Positions 47,128 to 56,896 of a stretch of 64,000 nt of DNA are shown here, in pieces; position 1 is the first letter of the stretch; each line of letters opens with the position of its first letter. Where the stretch lies: the NCBI GenBank assembly GCA_964385605.1, contig CAYLPQ010000002.1, positions 28,611 to 92,610 on the forward strand, given 5' to 3'. The DNA comes from an uncultured Oscillospiraceae bacterium. GTDB taxonomy: Bacteria > Bacillota > Clostridia > UMGS1883. A program made the translations under genes and the position numbers. The notes beneath the pieces are model-generated. The model ran no database searches. It saw only the letters and a list, made by a program, of their open reading frames with translations, and was not told the DNA's origin.

Positions 47128-47919
47128 TTATTTTGCACCGATTTTTCTGAATTTATTATACCTTTCTTCGAGAAGCTGTTCATCGGAAAGCTTAACCTTT
47201 TCGCCAAGCTCGTTTATAAGGAATGCTTTAAGGTCACAGCAGATTTCCTCTGCGGTTCTGTCCTTTTCACCGATAACCTTTTCAACAACCTCAAATTTGT
47301 ACAGGTCGCTTGCAGTAAGCTTAAGTGCCTCTGCGGCATCGGGTGCTTTTGCTGAATCCTTCCAAAGAATACTTGCGCATCCCTCGGGAGAAATAACGGA
47401 ATATACTGCGTTTTCAAGCATTACGGCTGTATTACATACACCAAGTGCCAATGCTCCGCCGCTTCCACCTTCGCCAACTATGACGGAAATAATAGGTGTT
47501 TTAAGTCCCATCATTTCATAAAGATTTTCAGCGATAGCTTCACCCTGACCTCTTTCCTCGGCATCGATACCGCAATATGCACCGGGACTGCCGATGAAGC
47601 AGATGATAGGTCTTCTGAATTTTTCAGCTTCTTTCATAAGGCGGAGAGCTTTTCTGTAACCCTCGGGAGTGGGACAGCCGAAATGGCGAGCCACTCTTTC
47701 CTCGATAGTGTTCCCTCGCTCCATTGCAATAACGGTTACGGGCATTCCTGCAAGGAATCCCACACCGCCGATGATTGCACCGTCGTCACCGTAGCGGCGG
47801 TCGCCGTGTAATTCCACGAAATCATCAATCATACGTGATATATAATAGCCACCCATAGGGCGAGCATTGCTTCGTGCAGCAGTTACCCTGTCGTAGGCTC
47901 TTGTCTGTGTGTTGTTCAT
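47128..47919 (-). CDS. accA: Acetyl-CoA carboxylase carboxyltransferase subunit alpha
   Basis: FVELHGDRRYGDDGAIIGG...PIICFIGSPGAYCG...EERGQGEAIA...GEGGSGGALA conserved blocks. Confidence 0.9.
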   Translation of the reverse strand: MNNTQTRAYDRVTAARSNARPMGGYYISRMIDDFVELHGDRRYGDDGAIIGGVGFLAGMPVTVIAMERGNTIEERVARHFGCPTPEGYRKALRLMKEAEKFRRPIICFIGSPGAYCGIDAEERGQGEAIAENLYEMMGLKTPIISVIVGEGGSGGALALGVCNTAVMLENAVYSVISPEGCASILWKDSAKAPDAAEALKLTASDLYKFEVVEKVIGEKDRTAEEICCDLKAFLINELGEKVKLSDEQLLEERYNKFRKIGAK

Positions 47920-47939
47920 ATTAATTCACTCCCATCTGC

Positions 47940-48743
47940 TTATGCTCTGTGTATTCTGAGCAATTTTCCGATAGTATATTTAAGACGGGGTCTTTCCTCA
48001 ATAATGTCTATAAAGCCGTGTTCAAGCATAAATTCTGCTCTCTGAAATCCTTCGGGGAGCTTTTTGCCTGTAGTCTGCTCGATTACTCTTGCACCTGCAA
48101 ATCCTACAAGTGCTTTAGGCTCTGCAATAATGATGTCACCAAGCATTGCAAAGCTTGCAGTTACACCGCCTGTTGTGGGGTCTGTCAGCACCGTTATGTA
48201 AAGATTACCACCGTCGCTATGCTTCTTAACGGCACCGCTTACTTTTGCCATCTGCATGAGGGAAAGAATACCCTCCTGCATTCTTGCACCGCCGGAAGTG
48301 GTGAAACCTACAACGGGGAGCTTTTCTTTTGTTGCTTTTTCAAAAAGACGGGTGATTTTTTCACCCACAACCGTTCCCATACTTCCCATCATGAAGTTTG
48401 AATCCATAACGAATATACAGCAGGGATTCCCGTCAATTTTCGCAGTACCGCAAACAACACCCTCGTTAAGACCGCTTGTTTCGGTAGCTCTTCTGATTTT
48501 ATCCTCATAATCGGGGAAATCAATGGGGTTGTGGCTTTTAAGTGATTTGTCACATTCCTTAAAGCTGCCTTTATCTGTGATGACTGCAATTCTGTCCATT
48601 GCGCCCATACGCATATATGTAGCACATTCGGGACAAATCATATCATTTTCAAAGAAAACGGAATGAAGTGCTGTATGTCCGCATTTTTTGCAGGAAATCT
48701 CCACGTCGTTTTCTTTGGGAGTAAATATATTTTTAATATCCAT
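47940..48743 (-). CDS. accD: Acetyl-CoA carboxylase carboxyltransferase subunit beta
   Basis: N-terminal Zn-ribbon CKKCGH...CPECATY, then GSMGTVVGEKITRLFE...SGGARMQEG. Confidence 0.9.
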   Translation of the reverse strand: MDIKNIFTPKENDVEISCKKCGHTALHSVFFENDMICPECATYMRMGAMDRIAVITDKGSFKECDKSLKSHNPIDFPDYEDKIRRATETSGLNEGVVCGTAKIDGNPCCIFVMDSNFMMGSMGTVVGEKITRLFEKATKEKLPVVGFTTSGGARMQEGILSLMQMAKVSGAVKKHSDGGNLYITVLTDPTTGGVTASFAMLGDIIIAEPKALVGFAGARVIEQTTGKKLPEGFQRAEFMLEHGFIDIIEERPRLKYTIGKLLRIHRA

Positions 48744-48757
48744 ATTTTTTCCTCCAA

Positions 48758-49174
48758 CTACTTCGCCGTCACAGCGAATGAAAATTCGGCACTTACACAG
48801 AGTTTGCCGTTAACATATCCGCATCCCTTTGCAAAATAGAAAGGGTCGCGGTCTTTTGTGATTTCGCACTTTGTTTCAAAAACATCTCCCGGGCGAACGG
48901 GGTTTTTGAATTTTACCTTGTCAAGTCCTGTAAAATAGGGGAGTTTGCCATCTGATATTACTCCATCAAGGCATACGCAGACGGACTGCGCCAGAATTTC
49001 GCAAAGGATAACTCCCGGCACAACCGGATTCCCGGGAAAATGTCCCTTAAGAAACCACTCGTCACCCTCTATTTTCTTTTTGCCGTGGGCAACACCGTCA
49101 ATTAATTCTACTTCATCAAGGAGAAGCATATTATCACGGTGGGGAAGAATGTTTTTAATCTCTTCTTTATTCAT
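48758..49174 (-). CDS. fabZ: 3-hydroxyacyl-ACP dehydratase
   Basis: ATG 49174 after GAGGTG. LPHRDNMLLLD...FLKGHFPGNPVVPGVILCE hot-dog signature. Confidence 0.9.
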   Translation of the reverse strand: MNKEEIKNILPHRDNMLLLDEVELIDGVAHGKKKIEGDEWFLKGHFPGNPVVPGVILCEILAQSVCVCLDGVISDGKLPYFTGLDKVKFKNPVRPGDVFETKCEITKDRDPFYFAKGCGYVNGKLCVSAEFSFAVTAK

Positions 49175-49182
49175 AGCGCACC

Positions 49183-50409
49183 TCAGATTTTCCTGAATGC
49201 GATACAAGCATTGTGACCACCGAAGCCAAGTGATGTTGACATAGCAAGGTCAATCTCTGTGTTAAGTGCGGTGTTTGGTGTATAGTCAAGGTCGCATTCC
49301 TCGTCCTTTTCGCTATATCCGATTGTAGGGGGAACGATGTTCTCGCGGAGTGCAAGAATTGCCGCAATACCCTCAACTGCGCCTGCCGCACCGAGAAGGT
49401 GACCTGTCACGGACTTTGTTGAGCTGATATGAAGCTTATATGCATCGTCGCCAAAAACATTTTTGAATGCTCTTGTTTCGGTCTTATCGTTAAGGGGCGT
49501 GCTTGTTCCGTGAGCATTAATGTAAATCTTTGAAGCATCGTATTCTCCTGCTTCCTTAAGGCAGTCAGCAATAGCTCTTGATGAGCTTTCTGCAGAATCG
49601 TCGGGAGCTGTAACGTGGAACGCATCGCAAGTGCTTCCGTAGCCGACAACTTCGGCATAGATTTTTGCACCGCGGGCTGCTGCGTGTTCGTACTCTTCAA
49701 CGATTACTGCGCCTGAACCTTCTCCCATAACAAAGCCGTTTCTTCTCTTGTCAAAGGGTATAGAAGCGCACGCAGGGTCTTCGCTTTCAGAAAGAGCCAT
49801 ACAGTTTGTAAAAGCCGCTACTGCCAGGGGAGAGATACTTGCCTCAACACCGCCTGCAATAATTGCATCGGCATAACCGCCCTTGATTGCTCTGTAAGCC
49901 TCACCAATAGCGGATGTGCCTGTGGCACAAGCTGTGCTGATAGCAATACACGGACCCTTTGCACCTGTCTTTATAGCAATATTACCTGCACCCATATTTG
50001 TGATAAGCTTGGGAATGAAGTGGGGAGATACTCTTGCAGGTCCTTTGTTTAAAAGGTTGTTGTGTTCGTCAACGAATGTATCAAATCCGCCTATACCGCT
50101 TCCGAAATATACACCGAAGCGCTCGGGGGCAATGTTATCTTTGATATTGCTGTCTTCTACAGCCTGAAGCGCTGATGCAATAGCATACTGAACGAACTTG
50201 TCGCTTCTTCTGATGTCACCCTTTTCCATATACTGTGACGCATCAAAATCCTTGACTTCAGCGGCAACCTTTACCTTGTAGTCAGTTGTATCGAATTTTG
50301 TTATGTAATCAATTCCGCATTTGCCGTTTTTTAAGCTGTCCCAGAAAGTTTCTACATTGCATCCTACGGGAGTGATTGCTCCCATACCTGTTATTACTAC
50401 ACGTTTCAT
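49183..50409 (-). CDS. fabF: Beta-ketoacyl-ACP synthase II
   Basis: MKRVVITGMGAITPVG..., active-site region ISTACATG, HGTSTPLND and NSFGFGGHNA-like end (SLGFGGHNACIAF). Confidence 0.95.
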   Translation of the reverse strand: MKRVVITGMGAITPVGCNVETFWDSLKNGKCGIDYITKFDTTDYKVKVAAEVKDFDASQYMEKGDIRRSDKFVQYAIASALQAVEDSNIKDNIAPERFGVYFGSGIGGFDTFVDEHNNLLNKGPARVSPHFIPKLITNMGAGNIAIKTGAKGPCIAISTACATGTSAIGEAYRAIKGGYADAIIAGGVEASISPLAVAAFTNCMALSESEDPACASIPFDKRRNGFVMGEGSGAVIVEEYEHAAARGAKIYAEVVGYGSTCDAFHVTAPDDSAESSSRAIADCLKEAGEYDASKIYINAHGTSTPLNDKTETRAFKNVFGDDAYKLHISSTKSVTGHLLGAAGAVEGIAAILALRENIVPPTIGYSEKDEECDLDYTPNTALNTEIDLAMSTSLGFGGHNACIAFRKI

Positions 50410-50421
50410 AAAGATCCTCCT

Positions 50422-51156
50422 TTATATTGCAAGGCCGCCGTCAATGCGGATAACCTCGCCTGTGATATAGTCAGAAACATCATCACTGAGAAATGCCGCA
50501 AGGTTTGCAACATCCTCGGGCTTGCCGGCTCTCTTAAGGGGAATAGAGCTGATGTAATCTTCTGCGTTTGAAAGGTCCTTTGTCATATCGGTTGATATGA
50601 AGCCGGGCGCGATTGCGTTACAGCAGACATTTTTGCCTGCAAACTCTCTTGCAGTAACCTTTGTAAGGGCGATTACCCCTGCTTTTGATGAAGAATAGTT
50701 TGCCTGTCCCGCAACACCAATAAGTCCCGATACGGAAGAAATATTCACGATTTTGCCGTATTTGCGCTTGATAAAGTTTCTTCCGCAGGCTTTAATCATA
50801 TTAAAGCATCCCTTTAAGTTGGTGTTTATAACATCGTCAAACTCCGCCTCGTCCATGGAGATTAAGAGGTTGTCGGCTGTTTTTCCCGCGTTATTGATTA
50901 AGATATCAACACCACCAAAGTCCTCGATAACCTTTTTTACGCATTCCTTACATTCGTCGGAATTTGCAACGTTGCATTTATAGATTTCAGCTTTTACACC
51001 GTTATTTTCACAAGCTTTTTTAACAGCTGCTGCCTTTTCCTCACTGCCGTAGTAGATAATAGCGACATTTGCACCAAGCTCTGCAAATTTTTCTGCTATT
51101 GAGGCACCGATACCGCGGGATGCACCTGTTATAATTGCGTTTTTACCCTTAAGCAT
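50422..51156 (-). CDS. fabG: 3-oxoacyl-ACP reductase
   Basis: SDR motifs TGASRGIG, NNAG and YSSSKAG. Located inside the fab operon. Confidence 0.9.
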   Translation of the reverse strand: MLKGKNAIITGASRGIGASIAEKFAELGANVAIIYYGSEEKAAAVKKACENNGVKAEIYKCNVANSDECKECVKKVIEDFGGVDILINNAGKTADNLLISMDEAEFDDVINTNLKGCFNMIKACGRNFIKRKYGKIVNISSVSGLIGVAGQANYSSSKAGVIALTKVTAREFAGKNVCCNAIAPGFISTDMTKDLSNAEDYISSIPLKRAGKPEDVANLAAFLSDDVSDYITGEVIRIDGGLAI

Positions 51157-52066
51157 TTTTTATCGCCTCCACAGCCACATTCAGTGTTTCTTCACTGTCT
51201 ACCGAGTATACGTTTACATCCTTTGAAATCTTCTTGATAAGTCCGCAAAGGGTTTTTCCGGGACCTACCTCAATAAAGTCGGTAACACCATCTGCAATCA
51301 TATTTTCAACTGTTTCCTGCCACTTAACGGGTGATTTCATCTGGCTTTCAAGCATACCGATAACATCTTCGCCGTATGGCTGTGCGGTAAGGTTTGCATA
51401 TACGGGCATCTCGGGGGCTTTGATGTCAAATTCATTAAGCTTTTCACCAAATTTTTCAGCGGCATCACTCATAAAGGGTGAGTGGAATGCACCGCTTACT
51501 GCAAGGGGAATAGTCTTTCCGCCAAGCTCCCTAACCTTTTCTGAAAAGCCGTCCATACTGCTCTTAATACCTGACACTACTGTCTGACCGGGACAGTTGA
51601 AGTTTACTGCGTAAAGGTCAGTAAATTCTGATGCTGTTTTTGAAACGGTTTCGCCGTCAAGCTTCAGCACTGCGCACATAGCAGTGTTTTCGGGGTCTGC
51701 GGCATCGTTCATAAGGCGACCTCTTTCGGTAACGATTTTAAAACCGTCCTCGTAGGAATATGCCTTTGCATAGGAAAGCGCCGCGATTTCGCCTAAAGAA
51801 AATCCTGCAACGCAGTCAGCAAAGATGCCCTTTTCATTTAATGAGAGTGCCGCACCTATTTCCACAAGGTACATACACGGCTGTGTGTTTGCAGTGATTT
51901 TCAGTTCTTCATCAGTCCCGTTGAAGCACTGCTCAATTGTTCCTTTGCGGTAGTTTTCCGCACTGTCGTACAGATTTTTTGCAGAGCGGCCCATATCGTA
52001 AAGGGTTTTACCCATTCCGCTGTACTGTGCGCCCTGTCCTGAAAAAACAAATGCTATTTTACCCAT
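51149..52066 (-). CDS. fabD: Malonyl CoA-ACP transacylase
   Basis: FVFSGQGAQYSGMG and the GFSLGE active-site motif. Confidence 0.9.
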   Translation of the reverse strand: MGKIAFVFSGQGAQYSGMGKTLYDMGRSAKNLYDSAENYRKGTIEQCFNGTDEELKITANTQPCMYLVEIGAALSLNEKGIFADCVAGFSLGEIAALSYAKAYSYEDGFKIVTERGRLMNDAADPENTAMCAVLKLDGETVSKTASEFTDLYAVNFNCPGQTVVSGIKSSMDGFSEKVRELGGKTIPLAVSGAFHSPFMSDAAEKFGEKLNEFDIKAPEMPVYANLTAQPYGEDVIGMLESQMKSPVKWQETVENMIADGVTDFIEVGPGKTLCGLIKKISKDVNVYSVDSEETLNVAVEAIKNA

Positions 52067-52998
52067 TTTACTGCTCCGTTCAATATAATTTCAGCTTCGT
52101 CCATAATGCTTTTCACCATGTCGGAAGCATTTTCTTCTTTATCAATTAATCCCGAAATCTGTCCTGCAAGAAAACATCCTTTTTTGCTGTCGCCGTCAAC
52201 AACTGCGGCGCGAAGGGACCCTACTGCCATATTTTCAAGCTCATCGTCGCTGATTGAGGAATATTCCATTTTCGCATAATTTCTTGAAAAAGGACTTTTG
52301 AGACTTCTTACGGGATGACCGAGTCTGCGTCCTGTAACGATAGTTGCCGTATCGTTAGCCTTAAGTAATTTGTCTTTGTATTCTCTGCTGATATTGCACT
52401 CAAACGCGGCAAGGAATCTTGTTCCTATCTGCACCGCTTCGGCGCCCAGCATAAATGCTGCGGCTACACCTCTGCCGTCTGCAATACCGCCTGCCGCAAT
52501 GACGGGAATATTTACAGCATCGCAAACCTGGGGGATGAGTGCCATAGTTGTCATTTCTCCTACGTGACCGCCGGATTCGCCACCCTCGGCAATAACTGCA
52601 TCTGCACCGCTTCTTTCAACAAGCTTTGCAAGTGCGCAGGATGCCACTACGGGAATAACCTTAATCCCTGCTTCTTTCCACATAGGAATATATTTTTCGG
52701 GATTGCCTGCGCCTGTTGTAACAACAGCTACTTTTTTCTCGGCAACAAGGCAGGCAATTTCGTCAACGTTTTGCCCCATAAGCATAATATTTACACCAAA
52801 GGGCTTATGGGTAAGAGAACGGGCAGTGTCGATCTCTTTACCAAGCTTTTCTACATCGCCGCTTGCAGCTGAAATAATGCCCAAGCCGCCGCCATTTGAT
52901 ACTGCCGCTGCAAGAGTGGCGTCGGATATGTGTGCCATACCGCCCTGTAAAATCGGATATTCTATTCCGAGCATTTCACATATTGGTGTGCGTACCAT
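52054..52998 (-). CDS. fabK: Enoyl-ACP reductase II (FMN-dependent, nitronate monooxygenase fold)
   Basis: YPILQGGMAHISD...AEGGESGGHVG...IAAGGIADGRG. Located between acpP and fabD. Confidence 0.85.
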   Translation of the reverse strand: MVRTPICEMLGIEYPILQGGMAHISDATLAAAVSNGGGLGIISAASGDVEKLGKEIDTARSLTHKPFGVNIMLMGQNVDEIACLVAEKKVAVVTTGAGNPEKYIPMWKEAGIKVIPVVASCALAKLVERSGADAVIAEGGESGGHVGEMTTMALIPQVCDAVNIPVIAAGGIADGRGVAAAFMLGAEAVQIGTRFLAAFECNISREYKDKLLKANDTATIVTGRRLGHPVRSLKSPFSRNYAKMEYSSISDDELENMAVGSLRAAVVDGDSKKGCFLAGQISGLIDKEENASDMVKSIMDEAEIILNGAVKWVK

Positions 52999-53021
52999 TA
53001 TTTCACGACCTTTCTTTTTAA

Positions 53022-53240
53022 TTAGTTCTTTGACTCGATGTAATTAACGAGTTCCTTAACACTTCTGCCTGCTTCTGCGGGCTTGATTTCTATGCCGAAC
53101 TCATCTTCCATTTCCATCATAATTTCTACAGCATCAAGTGAATCTACACCGAGATCGTCAAATGTTGTTTCCTCTGTGATTTCCTCCACATCCATTTCAA
53201 GATGTTCTGCCAATAATTCTCTTACTTTGTCGAGTGTCAT
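53022..53240 (-). CDS. acpP: Acyl carrier protein
   Basis: 72 aa with the LGVDSLD phosphopantetheine attachment motif. Confidence 0.9.
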   Translation of the reverse strand: MTLDKVRELLAEHLEMDVEEITEETTFDDLGVDSLDAVEIMMEMEDEFGIEIKPAEAGRSVKELVNYIESKN

Positions 53241-53282
53241 AATAATTGCCTCCTATAATATTATAAAATTTAATTAAATTAA

Positions 53283-54233
53283 TTACCATTCAATTACGCA
53301 AGCGGCACTTGAAAGTCCGCCGCCAAAAGCTGACATTACGATTTTGTCACCTTTTTTGAGTTTGCCTGACCGGACAAGCTCATCAAATGCTATTGCAACA
53401 CTTGCAGATGATGTATTACCGTATTTGTCGATATTTACAACAAATTTTTCTTTGGGCATCTTAAGACGTTTTGCCGCAAAATCAATAATTCTGATGTTTG
53501 CCTGATGTGTTACCACATAGTCTACATCCTCAAGAGTGAGGGATGCCTTTTGTGCAACGCACTTTATATCTTCAACAATTTTGTTTACTGCAAATTTAAA
53601 GGTTTCCTGACCGTCCATAAATATGTAGGGATGCTTAACCTCGCCCTTGTAGAAAGGTGAGCTTCCGGAAAATGAGGGGATTTCAATAACCTCGTTTCCG
53701 CCACTTGTGTAAAGAAGAGAGGAGAGGTAGCCGTCTCCCGGTGCTATTACGAATGCACCTGCACCGTCGCCGAAGATAACGCAGGTTCCGCGGTCAGTCC
53801 AGTCAACAATTTTGCTGAGCCTTTCAGCACCGATAACAAGAATGTTTTTTACAGTGCCGCGTGCTATATAAGAAACTGCTGTATCAAGTGCGAACAGAAA
53901 TCCGCTGCAGGCAGAGTTTATGTCAAATGCCGGACACTCGGCACCGATTTCCTTCTGAACGATTCCTGCAACAGTGGGGCATCTTGTTTCTGAAGAAATA
54001 GTTGCTGCGATGATTAAATCAATGTCCTTTGCATCCATATTGGCGGATTTAAGGGCTTCCTTTGCCGCGTTAACTGCAAAATCGGCAGCGGTTTCACCGG
54101 TGGATATGCGTCTTTCCTTTACTCCTACACGCTGTATAATCCATTCGTCAGATGTGTCTACCAATTTGGTTAAATCATTGTTTGTAACCGTGTTTTCGGG
54201 GAGATATGCACCTGTTCCGAGAATTTTAATCAT
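53283..54233 (-). CDS. fabH: Beta-ketoacyl-ACP synthase III
   Basis: ATG 54233 lies 8 nt after AAAGGA, giving MIKILGTGAYLP. SACSGF active-site Cys, and HQANIRI and GNTSSAS motifs. Confidence 0.9.
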   Translation of the reverse strand: MIKILGTGAYLPENTVTNNDLTKLVDTSDEWIIQRVGVKERRISTGETAADFAVNAAKEALKSANMDAKDIDLIIAATISSETRCPTVAGIVQKEIGAECPAFDINSACSGFLFALDTAVSYIARGTVKNILVIGAERLSKIVDWTDRGTCVIFGDGAGAFVIAPGDGYLSSLLYTSGGNEVIEIPSFSGSSPFYKGEVKHPYIFMDGQETFKFAVNKIVEDIKCVAQKASLTLEDVDYVVTHQANIRIIDFAAKRLKMPKEKFVVNIDKYGNTSSASVAIAFDELVRSGKLKKGDKIVMSAFGGGLSSAACVIEW

Positions 54234-54249
54234 TGTAAACATCCTTTCT

Positions 54250-54332
54250 TCAGCACACAGTGTGCTGATAAAACATGAGGGAATCTGTAATAATCCCCGT
54301 AAACTTCTCAAATTCAGCACACTGTGTGCTGA
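54250..54332. promoter_or_regulatory. Two 19-bp palindromic operator candidates upstream of fabH
   Basis: TCAGCACACAGTGTGCTGA (54250-68) and TCAGCACACTGTGTGCTGA (54314-32) have 9-1-9 symmetry. A third, imperfect copy, TCAGCACACACTGTGCTAG, lies at 54969-87 upstream of the TetR gene. Confidence 0.6.
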
Positions 54333-54370
54333 AGAAGTTTTTAACAGAGATTTCTCTGTTAAAAATAAAA

Positions 54371-54952
54371 TTAAACCTTCTTTAGTCCTTTTAATATGAA
54401 AGTAAACCCGTAACGGTAGCTCTTTAGAGCATCTTCGAGAGGAAGCTTACGACCGATTGCATCAGCATTGAAGCCACGGATAAAGCACCATATGGTATAG
54501 CTTGTCATATCCAAGTCAACGTTCTTAGCATAGCCGTTATCTATGCCATGTTTGATAATTTTCTTAATTTCTTCGGTCCACCACTTATAGTTGCTGTCTG
54601 ATAGAGAATCGTTCTCAAACACATAGTGTGCGAAATTATAACGGGTCTCATAGGAAAGAATAAGAGTTTTTTCCACAACCTCCATAACCTGCTCAAAAAA
54701 GTCTCTGTTCTTGTCAAAGGAAAAGCGGAGACTGTCCCGCACTTTCATAATCATTTCAGAAGAAATAGTGTCAATAACTTCTCCGATGTTATGAAAACGG
54801 TTATAGAAAACACGGTTTGTAATATCAAGCTTTTTCAAAACCTTGCGTACATTCAAATCCTGGATGCCATCCTGTGCAATAATTTCCTTGACGGCATTTA
54901 TAATAATTTCAGACATTTCATCCGAAATAAGGTTGTCATTCAGTGCAGGCAT
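54371..54952 (-). CDS. TetR/AcrR-family transcriptional regulator (candidate fab operon regulator)
   Basis: ATG 54952 after GGAGGTG. N-terminal HTH IINAVKEIIAQDGIQDLNVRKVLKKLDITNRVFYNRF. Positioned first in the fab gene string. Confidence 0.75.
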   Translation of the reverse strand: MPALNDNLISDEMSEIIINAVKEIIAQDGIQDLNVRKVLKKLDITNRVFYNRFHNIGEVIDTISSEMIMKVRDSLRFSFDKNRDFFEQVMEVVEKTLILSYETRYNFAHYVFENDSLSDSNYKWWTEEIKKIIKHGIDNGYAKNVDLDMTSYTIWCFIRGFNADAIGRKLPLEDALKSYRYGFTFILKGLKKV

Positions 54953-55095
54953 AAGACACCTCCAACATTCAGCACACACTGTGCTAGATGGTATTGTAAT
55001 ATAAATCTCCGTGTTTGTCAATATATATGCACAAAAAATATAAAACTTTACAAAAAATCACAAGATATTGTCATTATCTTGTGATTTTTGCAGAT

Positions 55096-56268
55096 TTATT
55101 TTATATAATCTTTTACAAATTCGCCTATTCTTTCGAGGGCGCGCTCAATATTTTTTATACTGTAGGCATAACTGCAGCGGATAAAACCTTCACCGCATTC
55201 ACCGAATGCAGTACCGGGAACTACGGCGACTTTCTTATCGTAGAGAAGCTTTGTGGCGAATTCGTCGCTCGTAAGCCCTGTTGCACTGATGTTGGGGAAT
55301 ACGTAGAAAGCACCCAGAGGCTCAAAACAACTGAGCCCCATACTTCTGAAGCCGTCAACCATAACGCGTCTTCTGTGATTGTATTCCTCTGTCATATGGC
55401 TGACATCTTCATCACAACTGCGGAGAGCTTCGATAGCAGCATACTGACTTGTGGTAGGTGCACACATAATGCCGTACTGATGAATCTTTGTCATCTGTGT
55501 TATAAGAGGCTCGGGACCGCAGGCATATCCAAGTCGCCAGCCTGTCATAGCAAAAGCTTTACTGAAGCCGTTTACCGTGACGGTATGCTCTTTCATACCC
55601 TCAATTGAAGCAAAGGATACGTGATCTCCATCATATGTAAGCTCGCTGTAGATTTCATCAGAGAGTACAATAAGGTTATGTTCTTTAACGATTTTTGCGA
55701 TTTTTTTAAGGTCTTCTCTCTGCATAACAGCACCAGTGGGATTGTTTGGGAAGGGAAGAATAAGAAGCTTTGTCTTATCCGTAATTTTCTCAAGTACCTT
55801 TTCGGGAGTGAGACGGAATTCGTCCTTTTCCTCTGTCTGAATGGTCACAGGGGTACCGCCTGCCATAAGTGTACAGGGCTTGTAGCATACAAAGCAGGGC
55901 TCGGGAATAAGCACCTCATCTCCGGGGGATATGATTGCGCGGATTAAAAGGTCAATAGCTTCACTTCCACCGACGGTAACGATAACTTCATTTTTGGGAT
56001 TATAGCAAAGGTTATATTTTCTTTTAAGATATATACAGATTTCCTCAAGAAGCTCTTTTGTACCCTTATTAGCGGTATAGTGTGTATGTCCCTGTTCAAG
56101 AGAGTATATACCTGCTTCGCGGATTGCCCAGGGAGTGACAAAGTCAGGCTCACCCACTCCGAGGGATATTACACCCTCCATAGTTGCCGCAATGTCAAAA
56201 AACTTACGGATGCCGGAGGGGGCAAGAGCGCTGATTGCAGGAGATATTATTTTGGAATAATCCATCAT
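55096..56268 (-). CDS. Pyridoxal-phosphate-dependent aminotransferase (class I/II)
   Basis: 390 aa. GEPDF, NPTG and SFSKAFAMTGWRLGY (PLP-Lys motif SxSK). Confidence 0.85.
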   Translation of the reverse strand: MMDYSKIISPAISALAPSGIRKFFDIAATMEGVISLGVGEPDFVTPWAIREAGIYSLEQGHTHYTANKGTKELLEEICIYLKRKYNLCYNPKNEVIVTVGGSEAIDLLIRAIISPGDEVLIPEPCFVCYKPCTLMAGGTPVTIQTEEKDEFRLTPEKVLEKITDKTKLLILPFPNNPTGAVMQREDLKKIAKIVKEHNLIVLSDEIYSELTYDGDHVSFASIEGMKEHTVTVNGFSKAFAMTGWRLGYACGPEPLITQMTKIHQYGIMCAPTTSQYAAIEALRSCDEDVSHMTEEYNHRRRVMVDGFRSMGLSCFEPLGAFYVFPNISATGLTSDEFATKLLYDKKVAVVPGTAFGECGEGFIRCSYAYSIKNIERALERIGEFVKDYIK

Positions 56269-56747
56269 ATGCCGATAACCTCCCTGTCATCTTTTTCAGG
56301 TTCGGCATAGATTACACCGTTATTTTTGTAGGTCTTAAGTTCGAAGTGGGTAGAGGTTGATATAACTGCGTCCATAGGCGCAAGGCGCTCCGCAACGAAC
56401 ATAGCAATTTCTTTAAGGCTTTTACCCTCAACCGTTACAAGCAGGTCGTAAGGACCCGACATAAGTATAACTGACTTAACCTGGGGGAATTTATAAATCC
56501 TTTCGGCAACTGTGTCAAAACCGCCGCCGCGCTGGGGTGTTATCTTAAGCTCAATATGGGCGATATTTGTCTGGCGGTCAGTTAATTCCCAGTTAACGAG
56601 AGTTTTGTAGCCAAGAATAACATTGTCATTTTCAAGTTCACAAATGGCGGCCTTAACCTCCGCCTCATCTTTGCCAAGCATAACGGCTATTTTGGCGGCT
56701 GTAAGATGACTGTCCTGTTCCAAAAGTGCGAGAATTTCATTTTTCAT
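56265..56747 (-). CDS. Lrp/AsnC-family transcriptional regulator
   Basis: ATG 56747 after GGAG. N-terminal HTH (ILALLEQDSHLTAAKIAVMLG) and a C-terminal AsnC-type ligand domain. There is a 4-nt overlap with the aminotransferase start. Confidence 0.8.
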   Translation of the reverse strand: MKNEILALLEQDSHLTAAKIAVMLGKDEAEVKAAICELENDNVILGYKTLVNWELTDRQTNIAHIELKITPQRGGGFDTVAERIYKFPQVKSVILMSGPYDLLVTVEGKSLKEIAMFVAERLAPMDAVISTSTHFELKTYKNNGVIYAEPEKDDREVIGI

Positions 56748-56896
56748 AGTTAATAACTCCAATCTTTGTAAACTTCACTGCAATTATATACTATATAATA
56801 AGAAAAATCTACTCTTTTTCAATAAAAGTCAAAAAATAATTGAATAATGAGGTATTTTGTAGTAAAATAATACATTGTATGAGAGGAATGGTGTTA

